Source: an uncultured Candidatus Rokubacteria bacterium
GTDB taxonomy: Bacteria; Methylomirabilota; Methylomirabilia; Rokubacteriales; CSP1-6
Length of the DNA stretch: 64,000 nt
Assembly: GCA_963758635.1 (NCBI GenBank)
Contig: CAVWWD010000008.1
Coordinates: 608,001 to 672,000, forward strand
Direction: 5' to 3'
The translations under genes and the position numbers were made by a program. The notes beneath the pieces are model-generated. The model saw only the letters and a program-made list of their open reading frames with translations. It had not been told where the DNA came from and searched no databases. This document shows, in pieces, positions 42,120-52,747 of the stretch. Numbering within the stretch: position 1 is the stretch's first letter; each line of letters begins with the position of its first letter.

Positions 42120-42884
42120 ATGGGGACCGGCCTCACGCTGCGCGCGGTGACCGTCGACTTCTGGGGCACCCTCGTCAACGACCTGCCCCAGGCTGACGAC
42201 CGCTACCGCGAGCGCCGGCTCGCCGACTTCGACGCCATCCTGTCGGCGGCGGGGTTCACGGTGTCGGCGCGCGCCCTCGGCCGCGGCTACGACGCCTCGG
42301 CGCGCGAGCTGGCCTGGGTGTGGCGCGGCCAGAAGGACGTTCCCGTGCTCCGCCACGTGACGAGCCTCCTCGAGGGCACGGAGGCCGGCCTGTCCGCGCG
42401 CACGTCCCGCGAGACGCTCGACGCCCTGGTCGAGGCGTACTGCCGGCCCGCCCTCCTGGTGCCGCCTCGCGTGGACGAGGGCGCGCGCGCGGGGCTCGGC
42501 GCGCTGGTCGCGCGCGGCGTCCGCCTCGCCGTGGTCTCGAACACGATGCGCACCCCCGGGGCCGTGCTGCGCCGGGTGCTCGACGGGCAGGGCGTGCTCG
42601 GCTGCTTCTCGCACCTCACGTTCTCCGACGAGGTCGGCGTGCGGAAGCCGGCGGCGGAGATCTTCCGCCTCACGCTCGAGAAGCTGGGCGTGGACGCCGC
42701 CCAGGCCGTCCACGTCGGCGACGATCCCGTGCTCGACGTGGCCGGCGCGCGCGGCGCCGGTCTGCGCGTGATCCAGGTGCTCTCGGGCGAGCGCGCGCCG
42801 GCGGAGGCCGCGCCGGACCTGACCGTCCGCGGGCTGGGCGAGCTGCCGGCGGCGATCGCGCGGCTCGAGCGGACGGGCGCATGA
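42120..42884 (+). CDS. HAD family hydrolase
   Basis: DFWGTL, VSN, KP, HVGDD. Confidence 0.85.
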   Translation: MGTGLTLRAVTVDFWGTLVNDLPQADDRYRERRLADFDAILSAAGFTVSARALGRGYDASARELAWVWRGQKDVPVLRHVTSLLEGTEAGLSARTSRETLDALVEAYCRPALLVPPRVDEGARAGLGALVARGVRLAVVSNTMRTPGAVLRRVLDGQGVLGCFSHLTFSDEVGVRKPAAEIFRLTLEKLGVDAAQAVHVGDDPVLDVAGARGAGLRVIQVLSGERAPAEAAPDLTVRGLGELPAAIARLERTGA

Positions 42885-43629
42885 TCCGCCTCGTGACGTT
42901 CGACTTCTGGGAGACGCTCGTCGCCGACCGCGCCGACCAGCTCGCCTCCCAGGAGGCGCTCCGCGTGGAGGCGATCTGCCGCGCGCTGGCCGCCGCCGGC
43001 GCCGCGCTCTCGCGCCCGGAGATCGAGGCGGCCTACGGCCGCACCGGGGAGGTGCTGGTCGAGCGCTACTGGGGTCGTCATCGCGACCTGGCGTGCCCGG
43101 AGCAGGTGAGGGTGAGTGATGGAGTGTATCGCGCCAGGAGCGGCGAGCCGCCTCGACCCGGGCGCTATGGAGGACCTGATCGCCGGCTACGGGACGCCCG
43201 TGCTCGCGCATCCGCCGGCCCTGCAGCCGGGCGCCGCCGAGGCGGTGAAGAGCCTCGCCGCGGCCGGCGTGCGCCTCGGCATCATCTCCAACACCGGGCG
43301 GACGCCCGGAGCGATCCTCCGCCGCGTCCTGGAGGCGGCCGATCTGCTGAAGCACTTCAGCGCGATCTCGTATTCCGACGAGGTGGGCTACCGGAAGCCG
43401 GACGCGGCGATCTTCCGCCGGACGCTCGGCGCTCGCGGGCGCCCGGCCGGAGGAGGCCGCGCGCATCGGGGACAACCCCGTCGACGACGTCACCGGGGCG
43501 CAGGGCGCCGGCATGCTGGGCATCCACTACACGGCGGGGCGGAGGTCGCCCGCCGTCCACGCGGACCTCGTCGTCTCGGACCTTTCCGCGCTTGCCGGCC
43601 TCATCCGCGAGCGTGGCAGTGCGAGGTGA
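42881..43629 (+). CDS. HAD family hydrolase paralog (frameshifts near 43115 and 43435)
   Basis: DFWETL, ISN, KPD, IGDN. Confidence 0.78.
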
Positions 43630-43665
43630 GCCGAAGGCGAGCCGAGCGTATATGGAAATGCCGTG
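43621..43665 (+). repeat. Intergenic repeat family C, copy 2
   Basis: Matches 20480-20524. Confidence 0.7.
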
Positions 43666-43734
43666 ACGCTCAGGTCGTCGGCGCGGCCTTTTCGGTTGCG
43701 TGATCCGGGGCCTGCGGGTAACATCTGTCCCCGC

Positions 43735-44255
43735 ATGGACCTGTCGGAGATCCGTTCAAAGATCCGCGAGATCAAGGACTTCCCCAGCGAGGGCATCCTC
43801 TTCAAGGACATCACCACGCTCCTCAAGGACGGCCCGGCCTGGGCGGCGGTCATCGACCATCTCGCCGCCCGGTACCACACCTCGCGCGTCGACGTCGTGG
43901 TCGGAGTCGAGTCGAGGGGGTTCATCTTCGGCGGCGCGCTCGCCCACCAGCTCAAGGCGGGCTTCGTCCCGGTGCGCAAGCGCGGGAAGCTCCCGGCGCG
44001 CACGATCGAGGAGGAGTACGAGCTCGAGTACGGACGCGACGTGCTCGCCGTGCACGAGGACGCCATCCGGCCCGGGCAGTGGTGCTGGCCGTGGACGACC
44101 TCCTCGCCACCGGCGGCACCATGTCCGCGACGCTCCGGCTGGTCGAGCGGCTGGGCGGCAAGATCGTCGGCGCGGCGTTCCTGATCGAGCTGGCGTTCCT
44201 GAAGGGCCGCGACCGGCTGCAAGGCTACGACCTCGAGTCGATCATCGTGTACTGA
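43735..44255 (+). CDS. apt: Adenine phosphoribosyltransferase (frameshift near 44080)
   Basis: [36 protein letters not shown]. Confidence 0.93.
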
Positions 44256-44272
44256 GGACGGGGATCGCACCG

Positions 44273-44627
44273 ATGAGCGACATCGAGACGACGATGCGGA
44301 CGATGCTGGCGGCGGCGGCGCTCGGCGTGGCCACGGTCTCGACGGCCGCGGCGAGCGACGAGCGGGCGCCGGCGCCGAGCCCGCCTCCCGGAGCCGTGAT
44401 CATGAACCTCCTCGCGAAGCCGATGGAGTCGCAGGAGGCGGCGTTCCGCGAGTCCATCCGTCAGGAGGTGGCTCGAGGGGCGGCGCCGGGAACCCCGAAC
44501 GACGGCACGATCCGGATCGGCCGCGCCACGCTCACGGTGACGGTCAAGGATCGCGTGCCCCGACGGCGAGCCGTTCCACGACGCGCCGTCGCTGCCGCGC
44601 TCCCGCCCTGGCCGCACCCGCCGCTGA
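44273..44627 (+). CDS. Small exported hypothetical protein (possible frameshift near 44552)
   Basis: Signal-peptide-like N-terminus. Confidence 0.45.
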
Positions 44628-44688
44628 CGCGAAACGTCCTGACGGACCGGCCGTCCCGGTCGGCGCCCGCGAGAGGAACGGACCAGGC

Positions 44689-45553
44689 ATGGCCATACAG
44701 AAGGTCGGAGTGATCGGGTGCGGGCTGATGGGCGCGGGGATCGCCCAGGTCTCGGCCCAGGCGGGCTTTCCCACCACCGTGATCGAGGCCAGCGCGGGCC
44801 TGCTCGACAAGGGCCTCGGCGGCCTCCGGAAGAGCATCGAGGCGCTCGTGGCCAAGGCGCGCATGACCGCGGCGGAGCGCGACGCCACGATGGGACGGCT
44901 GCGCGGCAGCACCTCGCTGGAGGACCTCCGGGAGTGTGACCTGGTGATCGAGGCCATCACCGAGAACCAGGCCGCTGAAGAACGAGACGTTCGCGAAGCT
45001 CGACGCGATCTGCGCGCCGCACGCGCTCCTCGCCTCCAACACGTCGTCGTGCAACGTCACCGCGATGGCCGCCGCCACCCGGCGGCCCGGCCAGGTGCTC
45101 GGCCTGCACTTCTTCAACCCGGTGCCGCTCATGAAGCTGGTCGAGGTGGTGCAGACGATCCTCACCGACGACAAGGCCGCGCAGGCAGGCCTTCGAGTGG
45201 GTGCAGGCTGTCGGCAAGGTTCCGGTGCGCGCCAAGGACTCCACCGCGTTCATCGTGAACCGGCTCCTCGTGCCGTACCTCCTGGACGCCATCCGCGTGT
45301 ACGAGGGCGGGCTCGCGACGCTCGAGGACATCGACCAGGCGATGAAGCTCGGCTGCGGCTACCCGATGGGCCCCTTCACGCTCCTCGACCTGGTGGGCCT
45401 CGACACCACCATGTACGTGGCCGAGGTGATGTTCGAGGAGTTCCGCGATTCCCGCTACGCCCCGCCCCCGCTCCTGAAGCGCATGGTGATGGCGGGGAGA
45501 CTGGGACGGAAGACGGGCCGCGGCTTCTACGACTACAGCGCGAAGCGCGGTAG
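44689..45553 (+). CDS. 3-hydroxybutyryl/3-hydroxyacyl-CoA dehydrogenase (frameshifts near 44975 and 45185; exact end uncertain)
   Basis: GCGLMG, SNTS, HFFNP, FIVNR, PMGPF, GRKTGRGFY. Confidence 0.88.
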
Positions 45554-45561
45554 CACAGTCC

Positions 45562-46710
45562 GTGAACGAGCTGTACTACCTCACCGACGAGCAGCGGGCC
45601 ATCCGGGACCTCGCGCGCGAGCTGTCCCGCGAGCGCATCGCGCCGATGGCCGCGCACGTCGACGAGACCGAGGAGTACCCGGCCGAGCAGCTCAAGCGGC
45701 TCGGGCAGCAGGGGCTCATGGGTCTCCACGTCCCCGAGGAGTACGGCGGCGCCAACGCGGGCGCGCTCGCGTTCTGCCTCGCCGCCGAGGAGGTGGCGTG
45801 GGCGTGCGCGGCCACCTCCACGATCTTCCTCGTCCAGAACCTCGGCGGGTACCCGATCGTGCTCGGCGGCTCGCCCGAGCAGAAGCGTCGCTTCCTCCCG
45901 CGCCTGGCCACCGGGGAGATCACCGGCGCCTTTTCCCTCTCCGAGGCGGGGGCCGGCTCCGACGCCGCGTCCATCGCGTGCACGGCGGCGCGCCGGGGCG
46001 ACTGCTACGTCCTGAACGGCTCGAAGATGTGGGTGACCAACGGCTCCCACGCCGGCGTCATCACCGTCTTCGCGGTCACCGATCGCGCCAGGCAGGCGCG
46101 CGGCGTCACCGCGTTCCTCGTCGAGCCCGGGATGAAGGGGTTCACCGTGGGCAAGCACGAGCGCAAGATGGGCATCCGCGGCTCGCCCACGGTGGCGCTG
46201 CACTTCACGGACTGCGAGGTGCCGATCGAAAACCGCCTGGGCGAGGAGGGCGAGGGCTTCAAGCTCGCGATGCGCACGCTCGAGCGCTCGCGGCCCACCA
46301 TCGGCGCCCAGGCGGTGGGCATCGCCCAGGCCGCGCTGGACGCCGCCACCGGCTACGCGCGGGAGCGGCGAGCGTTCGACCAGCCCATCGCGAGCTTCCA
46401 GGGGATCCAGTTCATGCTCGCCGACATGGCGATGAGCGTGCATGCCTCGCGGCTCGTCGTCCACCACGCCGCCACCCTCATGGACCGGGGCGCCGCCGAT
46501 ACGGCCATGGAGTCGTCGATGGCGAAGTGCCTGGCCTCGGACACCGCGATGCGCGTGGCGACCGACGCCGTCCAGGTGCTCGGCGGCTACGGCTACACGC
46601 GCGAGTTTCCCGTCGAGCGCTTCATGCGGGACGCCAAGATCACGCAGATCTACGAGGGCACCAACCAGATCCAGCGCGTCGTCATCGCCCGGCATCTGCT
46701 CGGGCTCTGA
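45562..46710 (+). CDS. Acyl-CoA dehydrogenase
   Basis: SEAGAGSD, GSKMWVTN, IYEGTNQIQR. Confidence 0.93.
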   Translation: MNELYYLTDEQRAIRDLARELSRERIAPMAAHVDETEEYPAEQLKRLGQQGLMGLHVPEEYGGANAGALAFCLAAEEVAWACAATSTIFLVQNLGGYPIVLGGSPEQKRRFLPRLATGEITGAFSLSEAGAGSDAASIACTAARRGDCYVLNGSKMWVTNGSHAGVITVFAVTDRARQARGVTAFLVEPGMKGFTVGKHERKMGIRGSPTVALHFTDCEVPIENRLGEEGEGFKLAMRTLERSRPTIGAQAVGIAQAALDAATGYARERRAFDQPIASFQGIQFMLADMAMSVHASRLVVHHAATLMDRGAADTAMESSMAKCLASDTAMRVATDAVQVLGGYGYTREFPVERFMRDAKITQIYEGTNQIQRVVIARHLLGL

Positions 46711-46725
46711 ACCGGAGGAGACACC

Positions 46726-48006
46726 ATGACTCGACGCACCGACACGCGGCTGCCCCGCCGCCGCTTCCTCGCCGGAGCCGGCGCCGCCGCCGGCCTCGCC
46801 GGCGTGGGGTTCCCCGCCGTGCTGCGCGCCCAGGCGAAGACCTTCAAGGTGGGCGTGATCCATCCGGTCACCGGCCCGCTCGCCGAGCCGGGCCAGGCCT
46901 GCCGGCTCGGGGCCCAGATGGCCGCCGACGCGATCAACGCGGCGGGCGGGATCAAGGCCCTCGGGGGCGCGCGGCTCGAGCTGCTGCTGGGCGACACGCA
47001 GACCAAGCCGGAGGTGGGCCGGAGCGAGGCCGAGCGCGTGGTGAACCAGGGCGCGCAGATGCTCGTGGGCTCCTTCGACTCGGGCAGCACCGCGGCCATG
47101 GTGCCGGTGGCCCAGCAGAAGCACGTGCCCTTCCTCGTGGACATCGCCGCCGCCGACCCCATCACCGCGAACGTGGCCAAGGCGGTCAAGGAGGGGCAGC
47201 AGAAGGTCCAGTACGTGTACCGGAACTTCCCCACCGGCTCCACGTTCGGGCGCCGCGCCGTCCAGTACTTCACGGAGATCTTCAAGGAGGCCAACGTCGC
47301 GCCCAAGCGCGTGGTGCTGATGTACTGCAACGACCTCTTCGGCCAGAACTCGGCGCGCGGCTTCCAGGCCGCCCACGCCGCGAGCAAGCCGGGCTGGGAG
47401 ATCGTGGAGGTCATCCCGTGGCCGGAGCCGCCCTCCGACCTCTCGACCGAGGTCTCCCGGGCCAAGGCGGCGAAGCCCGACATCATCGCCCCGATCACGC
47501 GCCCGGCGAGCGCGCAGGTCCTGCTGCCCGAGCTGCGCAAGCAGCGCCTGGACATCATGGGCGTGGTGAGCCCCGGCGGCCCGGGCCTCTACGAGGCGGG
47601 GCAGATCGCCACCCTCAAGGACGACCTCGAGCACGTGATGGCGAGCGTGCCGTGGCCGAACTTCAAGCATCCGCGGACGAAGCAGCTCGCCGAGGAGTAC
47701 CTGAAGCGGTCCGGCGGCAAGACGTTCGACACGAACTCCGGCTACTCCTACGACGCCATGTTCCTGCTCGCCGACGTGCTCGAGCGGGCGAAGTCCGCGG
47801 ACCCCGACGCGATCGTGGACGCGATCAAGAAGACGAACTACACCGCCGGGCTCATGCAGTACGGCGGGCCGATCGTGTTCAACGAGGCGGGCGACAACGC
47901 CAACGCCATCCCCACCATGATCCAGGTGCAGAGCCAGAAGCCCGTGGCGGTGTGGCCGAAGGACGCCGCGCTCGCCAAGTTCGTGTTCCCGCGCCCCAAG
48001 GCGTGA
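46726..48006 (+). CDS. Branched-chain amino acid-type ABC substrate-binding protein (Tat signal)
   Basis: RRRFL twin-arginine motif; PVTGPLA...INAAGG. Confidence 0.88.
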   Translation: MTRRTDTRLPRRRFLAGAGAAAGLAGVGFPAVLRAQAKTFKVGVIHPVTGPLAEPGQACRLGAQMAADAINAAGGIKALGGARLELLLGDTQTKPEVGRSEAERVVNQGAQMLVGSFDSGSTAAMVPVAQQKHVPFLVDIAAADPITANVAKAVKEGQQKVQYVYRNFPTGSTFGRRAVQYFTEIFKEANVAPKRVVLMYCNDLFGQNSARGFQAAHAASKPGWEIVEVIPWPEPPSDLSTEVSRAKAAKPDIIAPITRPASAQVLLPELRKQRLDIMGVVSPGGPGLYEAGQIATLKDDLEHVMASVPWPNFKHPRTKQLAEEYLKRSGGKTFDTNSGYSYDAMFLLADVLERAKSADPDAIVDAIKKTNYTAGLMQYGGPIVFNEAGDNANAIPTMIQVQSQKPVAVWPKDAALAKFVFPRPKA

Positions 48007-48066
48007 GCGTGCTCCGGGGAGAGGGGTAGGCTCCGGGCGCGCCCGGCCGCCGTTTCCGCCCCCGGC

Positions 48067-48939
48067 ATGGACCTCACGCTCGTCGCCCAGGGGCTCCTCT
48101 CCGGGCTCCTCTTCGGCGGCGTCCAGAGCCTCATGGCCGTCGGCCTGTCGCTGATCTTCGGCGTCATGCGGGTGGTGAACTTCGCCCACGGCGACATGAT
48201 GGTGTGGGGCATGTACCTGGCGTGGATGCTGGCCACGCGCCTGGGCGTGGATCCCATGGCGAGCTTCGTCGTGTGCGCGGCCGCGCTGTTCGTCTTCGGC
48301 TTCGCGGTGCAGCGCGGGCTCGTGCACCGCATCGTCGACGCCCGCCACGAGATGCAGATCCTCCTCATGCTGGGCGTGGCCCTGATCCTCGAGAACGCCG
48401 CGCTGATGGCGTTCGGGCCCGAGCCGGTGCGCGTGCGGTCGGCGCTGTCCGGCGCCACGATGTGGATGGGGCCGGTGTTCGTGGACGTGGCCCGTCTCGT
48501 GACCTTCGGGCTGGCCCTCGTCCTCACCGCGATGCTCTGGCTCTTCCTGTTCCGCACCCGGCTCGGCCGGCAGATCCGCGCCGCCGCGGACAACCCCTAC
48601 GGGGCGCTCGTGATCGGGACGGACACGAGCCGCGTCTACGCGATCGCGTTCGGCGTGGGCGCGGCGTGCGTCGGCGCGGCGGGAGCGCTCACCACGCCGC
48701 TCGTGCCGTTCTCCCCGTCCTTCGGCCTGTCCGCCTCCGTGACGAGCTTCAATATCGTGATCATCGGGGGGATGGGAAGCCTTCTCGGCGCCTTCGTGGG
48801 CGGGCTGGTGGTCTCGGTCGCGGAGTCGCTGGGGGCGGTGTTCCTCAAGCCCTCGCTCAAGGAGGTCGTGAGCTTCTCGCTCCTCATCCTGATCCTGCTC
48901 TTCCGGCCCGCGGGCCTGTTCGGCAGGCGCGCGGCATGA
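48067..48939 (+). CDS. livH: Branched-chain amino acid ABC permease
   Basis: GLSLIFGVMRVVNFAHG; GGMGS. Confidence 0.88.
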   Translation: MDLTLVAQGLLSGLLFGGVQSLMAVGLSLIFGVMRVVNFAHGDMMVWGMYLAWMLATRLGVDPMASFVVCAAALFVFGFAVQRGLVHRIVDARHEMQILLMLGVALILENAALMAFGPEPVRVRSALSGATMWMGPVFVDVARLVTFGLALVLTAMLWLFLFRTRLGRQIRAAADNPYGALVIGTDTSRVYAIAFGVGAACVGAAGALTTPLVPFSPSFGLSASVTSFNIVIIGGMGSLLGAFVGGLVVSVAESLGAVFLKPSLKEVVSFSLLILILLFRPAGLFGRRAA

Positions 48940-49895
48940 GGTGGGCGGGGCTCGGCGCGGTGCTGGTGCTGATCGCGCTGCCCGCGGTGGTCGGCTCCTA
49001 CGTCGTGACCGTGCTCATCCTGGTCTTCTTCTACGCGTACCTGGCCCAGGCGTGGAACATCGTGGGCGGCTACGCCGGGCAGCTCTCGGCCGGGCACGCC
49101 GCGTTCGTGGGCGTGGGTGGCTACACCGCCGCGGTGCTGTCGATCGAGTGGGGCCTCACCCCGTGGGTCGGCATGTTCGTGGGCGGCGCGCTCGCCGCGC
49201 TCCTCGGCGCCCTCATCGGCTACCTCGGGTTTCGCTTCGGGCTCCGGGGGTTCTACTTCGTGCTGCTCACCGTGGCCTTCGCCGAGCTGTGCCGCATCGT
49301 CGCGAGCAACCTGGACGCGGTGGGCGGCTCGCTCGGGCTCTACATCACGTTCACGGGCAACCCGCGGCAGTTCCAGTTCCAGGACAGCCGCGCGTACTAC
49401 TACATCGCGCTCGCCCTCATGCTGGGGGCCACCGCCATCGTGGGCCTGCTGGAGCGGCGGCGCTTCGGCGCGTACCTCGCGGCCATCCGCGAGGACGAGG
49501 ACGCCAGCGAGGCGCTGGGCGTGAACGTGTTCCGCGTGAAGCTCCTCGCCATGATCCTGTCCTCCTTCCTGACCGGCGTCGGCGGCACCTTCTACGCCTT
49601 CTACCTGTTCTCGCTCCAGCCCGGCGCGGTGTTTGGGATCCCGCTGTCCGTGGAGATCATCCTGCGCGCCATCGTGGGCGGGGCCGGCACCCTCCCGGGC
49701 CCGATCCTCGGCTCGTTCATCCTGACGCCGCTCGGTGAGCTGTCGCGGATGTACTTCGCGCAAGGCGGCTGGCACGGCGCGCATCTCGTCGTCTACGGGG
49801 CGCTCCTGATCGCCGTGGTGCTCTTCGTGCCGGAAGGGGCGTACCCGCGGCTCCGGCGCGCCTTCGGGCGGCGCCGGCCCGGGGCGGGGCGATGA
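48936..49895 (+). CDS. livM: Branched-chain amino acid ABC permease
   Basis: WNIVGGYAGQLSAGH; AIREDEDASEALG. Confidence 0.88.
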   Translation: MRWAGLGAVLVLIALPAVVGSYVVTVLILVFFYAYLAQAWNIVGGYAGQLSAGHAAFVGVGGYTAAVLSIEWGLTPWVGMFVGGALAALLGALIGYLGFRFGLRGFYFVLLTVAFAELCRIVASNLDAVGGSLGLYITFTGNPRQFQFQDSRAYYYIALALMLGATAIVGLLERRRFGAYLAAIREDEDASEALGVNVFRVKLLAMILSSFLTGVGGTFYAFYLFSLQPGAVFGIPLSVEIILRAIVGGAGTLPGPILGSFILTPLGELSRMYFAQGGWHGAHLVVYGALLIAVVLFVPEGAYPRLRRAFGRRRPGAGR

Positions 49896-50629
49896 GCCTC
49901 CTCCTCGAGGCGCGCGGGCTCAGCCGGCGGTTCGGGGGCGTGCACGCCGTCCGCAGCCTCGACGTGGACGTGCGGGCCGGCGAGGTGCTCGGCCTCATCG
50001 GGCCGAACGGCGCGGGGAAGACGACGGTGTTCAACCTGCTGTCGGGGTTCCTCGCCCCCGACGCGGGCGAGATCCGCTTCGACGGGCGGTCCGTCCTGGG
50101 CCTGGCGCCGCACGCGATCTGCCGGCTCGGCCTGGCGCGCACCTTCCAGATCGTGCGGCCGTTCCCGCATCTGTCCGTGCTCGACAACGTGAAGGTGGGC
50201 GCGCTCGCCCGGCATCCGGGCGTCCGCGAGGCGCGCGAGCGGGCGCGTGAGGTGATCGAGCGGGTCGGCCTGGGCCCGAAGGCGGAGACGCCGGCCGGCG
50301 GCCTGACCCTGCCCGAGCGCAAGCGTCTCGAGCTGGCCCGCGCGCTCGCGACCGAGCCCACGCTGCTGCTCCTCGACGAGGTCATGGCCGGGCTCAACGC
50401 CACCGAGATCGAGACGATCGTCCGGCTCGTGTCGGCGATCAACCGCGCCGGCGTCTCGATCCTGCTGATCGAGCACAACATGCGCGCGGTGATGTCGCTC
50501 TCCCACCGCATCGTCGTGCTGTCCTTCGGCGAGAAGATCGCCGAGGGCGCGCCGGCCGAGGTGGCCAACCACCCGAAGGTCGTCGAGGCCTACCTCGGGG
50601 AGGAATATGTCCACGCTGCTCCGGCTTGA
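49892..50629 (+). CDS. livG: Branched-chain amino acid ABC ATPase
   Basis: GPNGAGKT, RTFQ, LLDE, IEH, EAYLG. Confidence 0.9.
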   Translation: MSLLLEARGLSRRFGGVHAVRSLDVDVRAGEVLGLIGPNGAGKTTVFNLLSGFLAPDAGEIRFDGRSVLGLAPHAICRLGLARTFQIVRPFPHLSVLDNVKVGALARHPGVREARERAREVIERVGLGPKAETPAGGLTLPERKRLELARALATEPTLLLLDEVMAGLNATEIETIVRLVSAINRAGVSILLIEHNMRAVMSLSHRIVVLSFGEKIAEGAPAEVANHPKVVEAYLGEEYVHAAPA

Positions 50630-51320
50630 CGCCGTCGCCGCCGGGTACGGCGACCTCCTCGCCGTTCACGACGTCTCGCTCGAGGTGCGGGAGGGCGAGG
50701 CGGTGGCGCTGATCGGCGCGAACGGGGCGGGGAAGACCACCACGCTCCGGGCGATCACGGGCCTTCTGCCCGTCCGGCGCGGACGGATCGAGTGGCAGGG
50801 CGAGCGGCTCGACGGGCGGCCGTCGAGCGAGGTGGTGGCGCGCGGCATCGCGCACGTGCCGGAGGGCCGGCAGCTCTTTCCGACGATGACGGTCCTCGAC
50901 AACCTGGAGCTGGGGGCGATGGCGCCGGCCGGGCGCGCGGGACGGACGCAGTCGCTCGAGCGCGTGTTCGCCCTGTTCCCGCGGCTGGCCGAGCGCCGGC
51001 GCCAGCTCGCCGGCACCCTGTCCGGGGGCGAGCAGCAGATGTGCGCGATCGGCCGGGGCCTGATGGCCCGGCCCCGGCTCCTGCTCCTCGACGAGCCGAG
51101 CCTGGGGCTCGCGCCCGTGGTCGTGAAGGCCATCTTCGCGAACCTGGCCGACATCAATCGGGACGGCACGACGCTCCTGGTCGTGGAGCAGAACGTCGCC
51201 CGCGCGCTCGACCTGGCCCAGCGCGCCTACGTCCTCGAGAACGGGACCGTGGCCCTCGCGGGATCGCGCGCGGAGCTCCTGGCCAGCGGGCACGTCAAGC
51301 GGGCCTACCTGGGGCTCTGA
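50607..51320 (+). CDS. livF: Branched-chain amino acid ABC ATPase
   Basis: GANGAGKT, VPEGR, LSGGEQQ, DEPSLGLAP. Confidence 0.9.
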   Translation: MSTLLRLDAVAAGYGDLLAVHDVSLEVREGEAVALIGANGAGKTTTLRAITGLLPVRRGRIEWQGERLDGRPSSEVVARGIAHVPEGRQLFPTMTVLDNLELGAMAPAGRAGRTQSLERVFALFPRLAERRRQLAGTLSGGEQQMCAIGRGLMARPRLLLLDEPSLGLAPVVVKAIFANLADINRDGTTLLVVEQNVARALDLAQRAYVLENGTVALAGSRAELLASGHVKRAYLGL

Positions 51321-51398
51321 CGGCGCGCGGGCCGCGTCCCGCCGCTGAGCCGTGGGGTACAATACCGCTTCCCACTGTTCACGCCCGAGGAGCGAGCC

Positions 51399-52477
51399 AT
51401 GACGAGCCCCATCATCACCGAGAGCGTGCGCGCCCTGGTCGACCGGCGCGACCTCACGCGCATCGAAGCGGCGGCGGCCATGGAGGCCATCATGTCCGGG
51501 GCCGCCACCAACGTGCAGATCGCGGCGTTCCTGACCGCGCTCCGCATGAAGGGCGAGACCGTCGAGGAGCTGATCGGCTTCGCCCAGGTGATGCGCCAGA
51601 AGGTGGTGCGGGTGCCCACGCGCGCCGGCGACGTCGTCGGCCGCCACCGGGACCGACCGCGAGATGCTGATCGACACCTGCGGCACCGGGGGCGACGCCT
51701 CCGGCACCTTCAACGTGTCGACGGCCACCGCGTTCGTGGTGGCGGGGGCCGGGCTCAAGGTGGCCAAGCACGGCAACCGCTCCGTGTCGTCCCTGTGCGG
51801 CTCGGCCGACGTGGTGGAGACCCTGGGGATCGACCTCGAGCTGACGCCCGCGCAGGTCGGCCGCTGCGTGGACGAGGTGGGCATCGGCTTCCTCTACGCG
51901 CCGCTGCTCCACACCGCGATGAAGCACGTGATGGTGGCCCGCCGCGAGATGGGCGTCCGCACCGTGTTCAACATGCTCGGGCCCCTCACCAACCCCGCGG
52001 GCGCCAACGCCCAGGTGATCGGCGTCTACGCCCAGGCGCTCACCGAGCCGCTGGCCCGGGCCCTCGCCGAGCTCGGCACCATCCGCGCGTTCGTGGTGCA
52101 CGGCGCCGACGGCCTCGACGAGATCTCCAACACCGGCGAGAGCGACATCGCGGAGGTCCACGAGGGCGTGGTGCGCGCCGGGCGCGTGCGGCCCGAGGAC
52201 TTCGGCCTCGCGCGCGCGGCCATCCGCGACCTCCAGGGCGGCGACCGCGAGGAGAACGCGCGGATCATCCGCGGGCTCCTGGGCGGCGAGCGCGGGCCGC
52301 GGCGCGACATCGTGCTCATGAACGCCGCTGCCGCGCTGGTCGTGGGCGGCAAGGCGCGCGACCTGAAGGAGGGCGTGGCCCTCGCCGCCTCGTCCATCGA
52401 CTCCGGATCCGCCACCGCCAAGCTGGCGCGCGCTCGTCGACCTGTCCCACCGCCTCGCCGCCGCGCGCCGGAACTGA
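51399..52477 (+). CDS. trpD: Anthranilate phosphoribosyltransferase (frameshifts near 51640 and 52430)
   Basis: [31 protein letters not shown]. Confidence 0.92.
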
Positions 52478-52712
52478 CGGGCGCGACGGCCCGACGGCGG
52501 AGATCGAGGCGCGGCGCCGCGCGACCTGATCGCCACCCGAGCCCGCGCCGAGGCCTCAGGGCATCGACAGACGCGACAATGGCCGTCCGGACGCAGGGTT
52601 GACCGGCACTCCCGGGCCGGGGGATAATGCGCCTCGGCTGCTCGCAGGCCGTGTCCCTCTCCTCGAAGCGCGACCGATCTCGTTCGCCCGGTGGAGACGC
52701 GAGCCGCCGCGA

Positions 52713-52726
52713 GAGTTCTAGAACTC
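52713..52726. promoter_or_regulatory. Perfect 14-bp palindrome, candidate GntR/HutC operator
   Basis: GAGTTCTAGAACTC, 21 bp before the regulator start codon. Confidence 0.55.
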
Positions 52727-52747
52727 CGAGGAAGGAAACGCGAGCCA

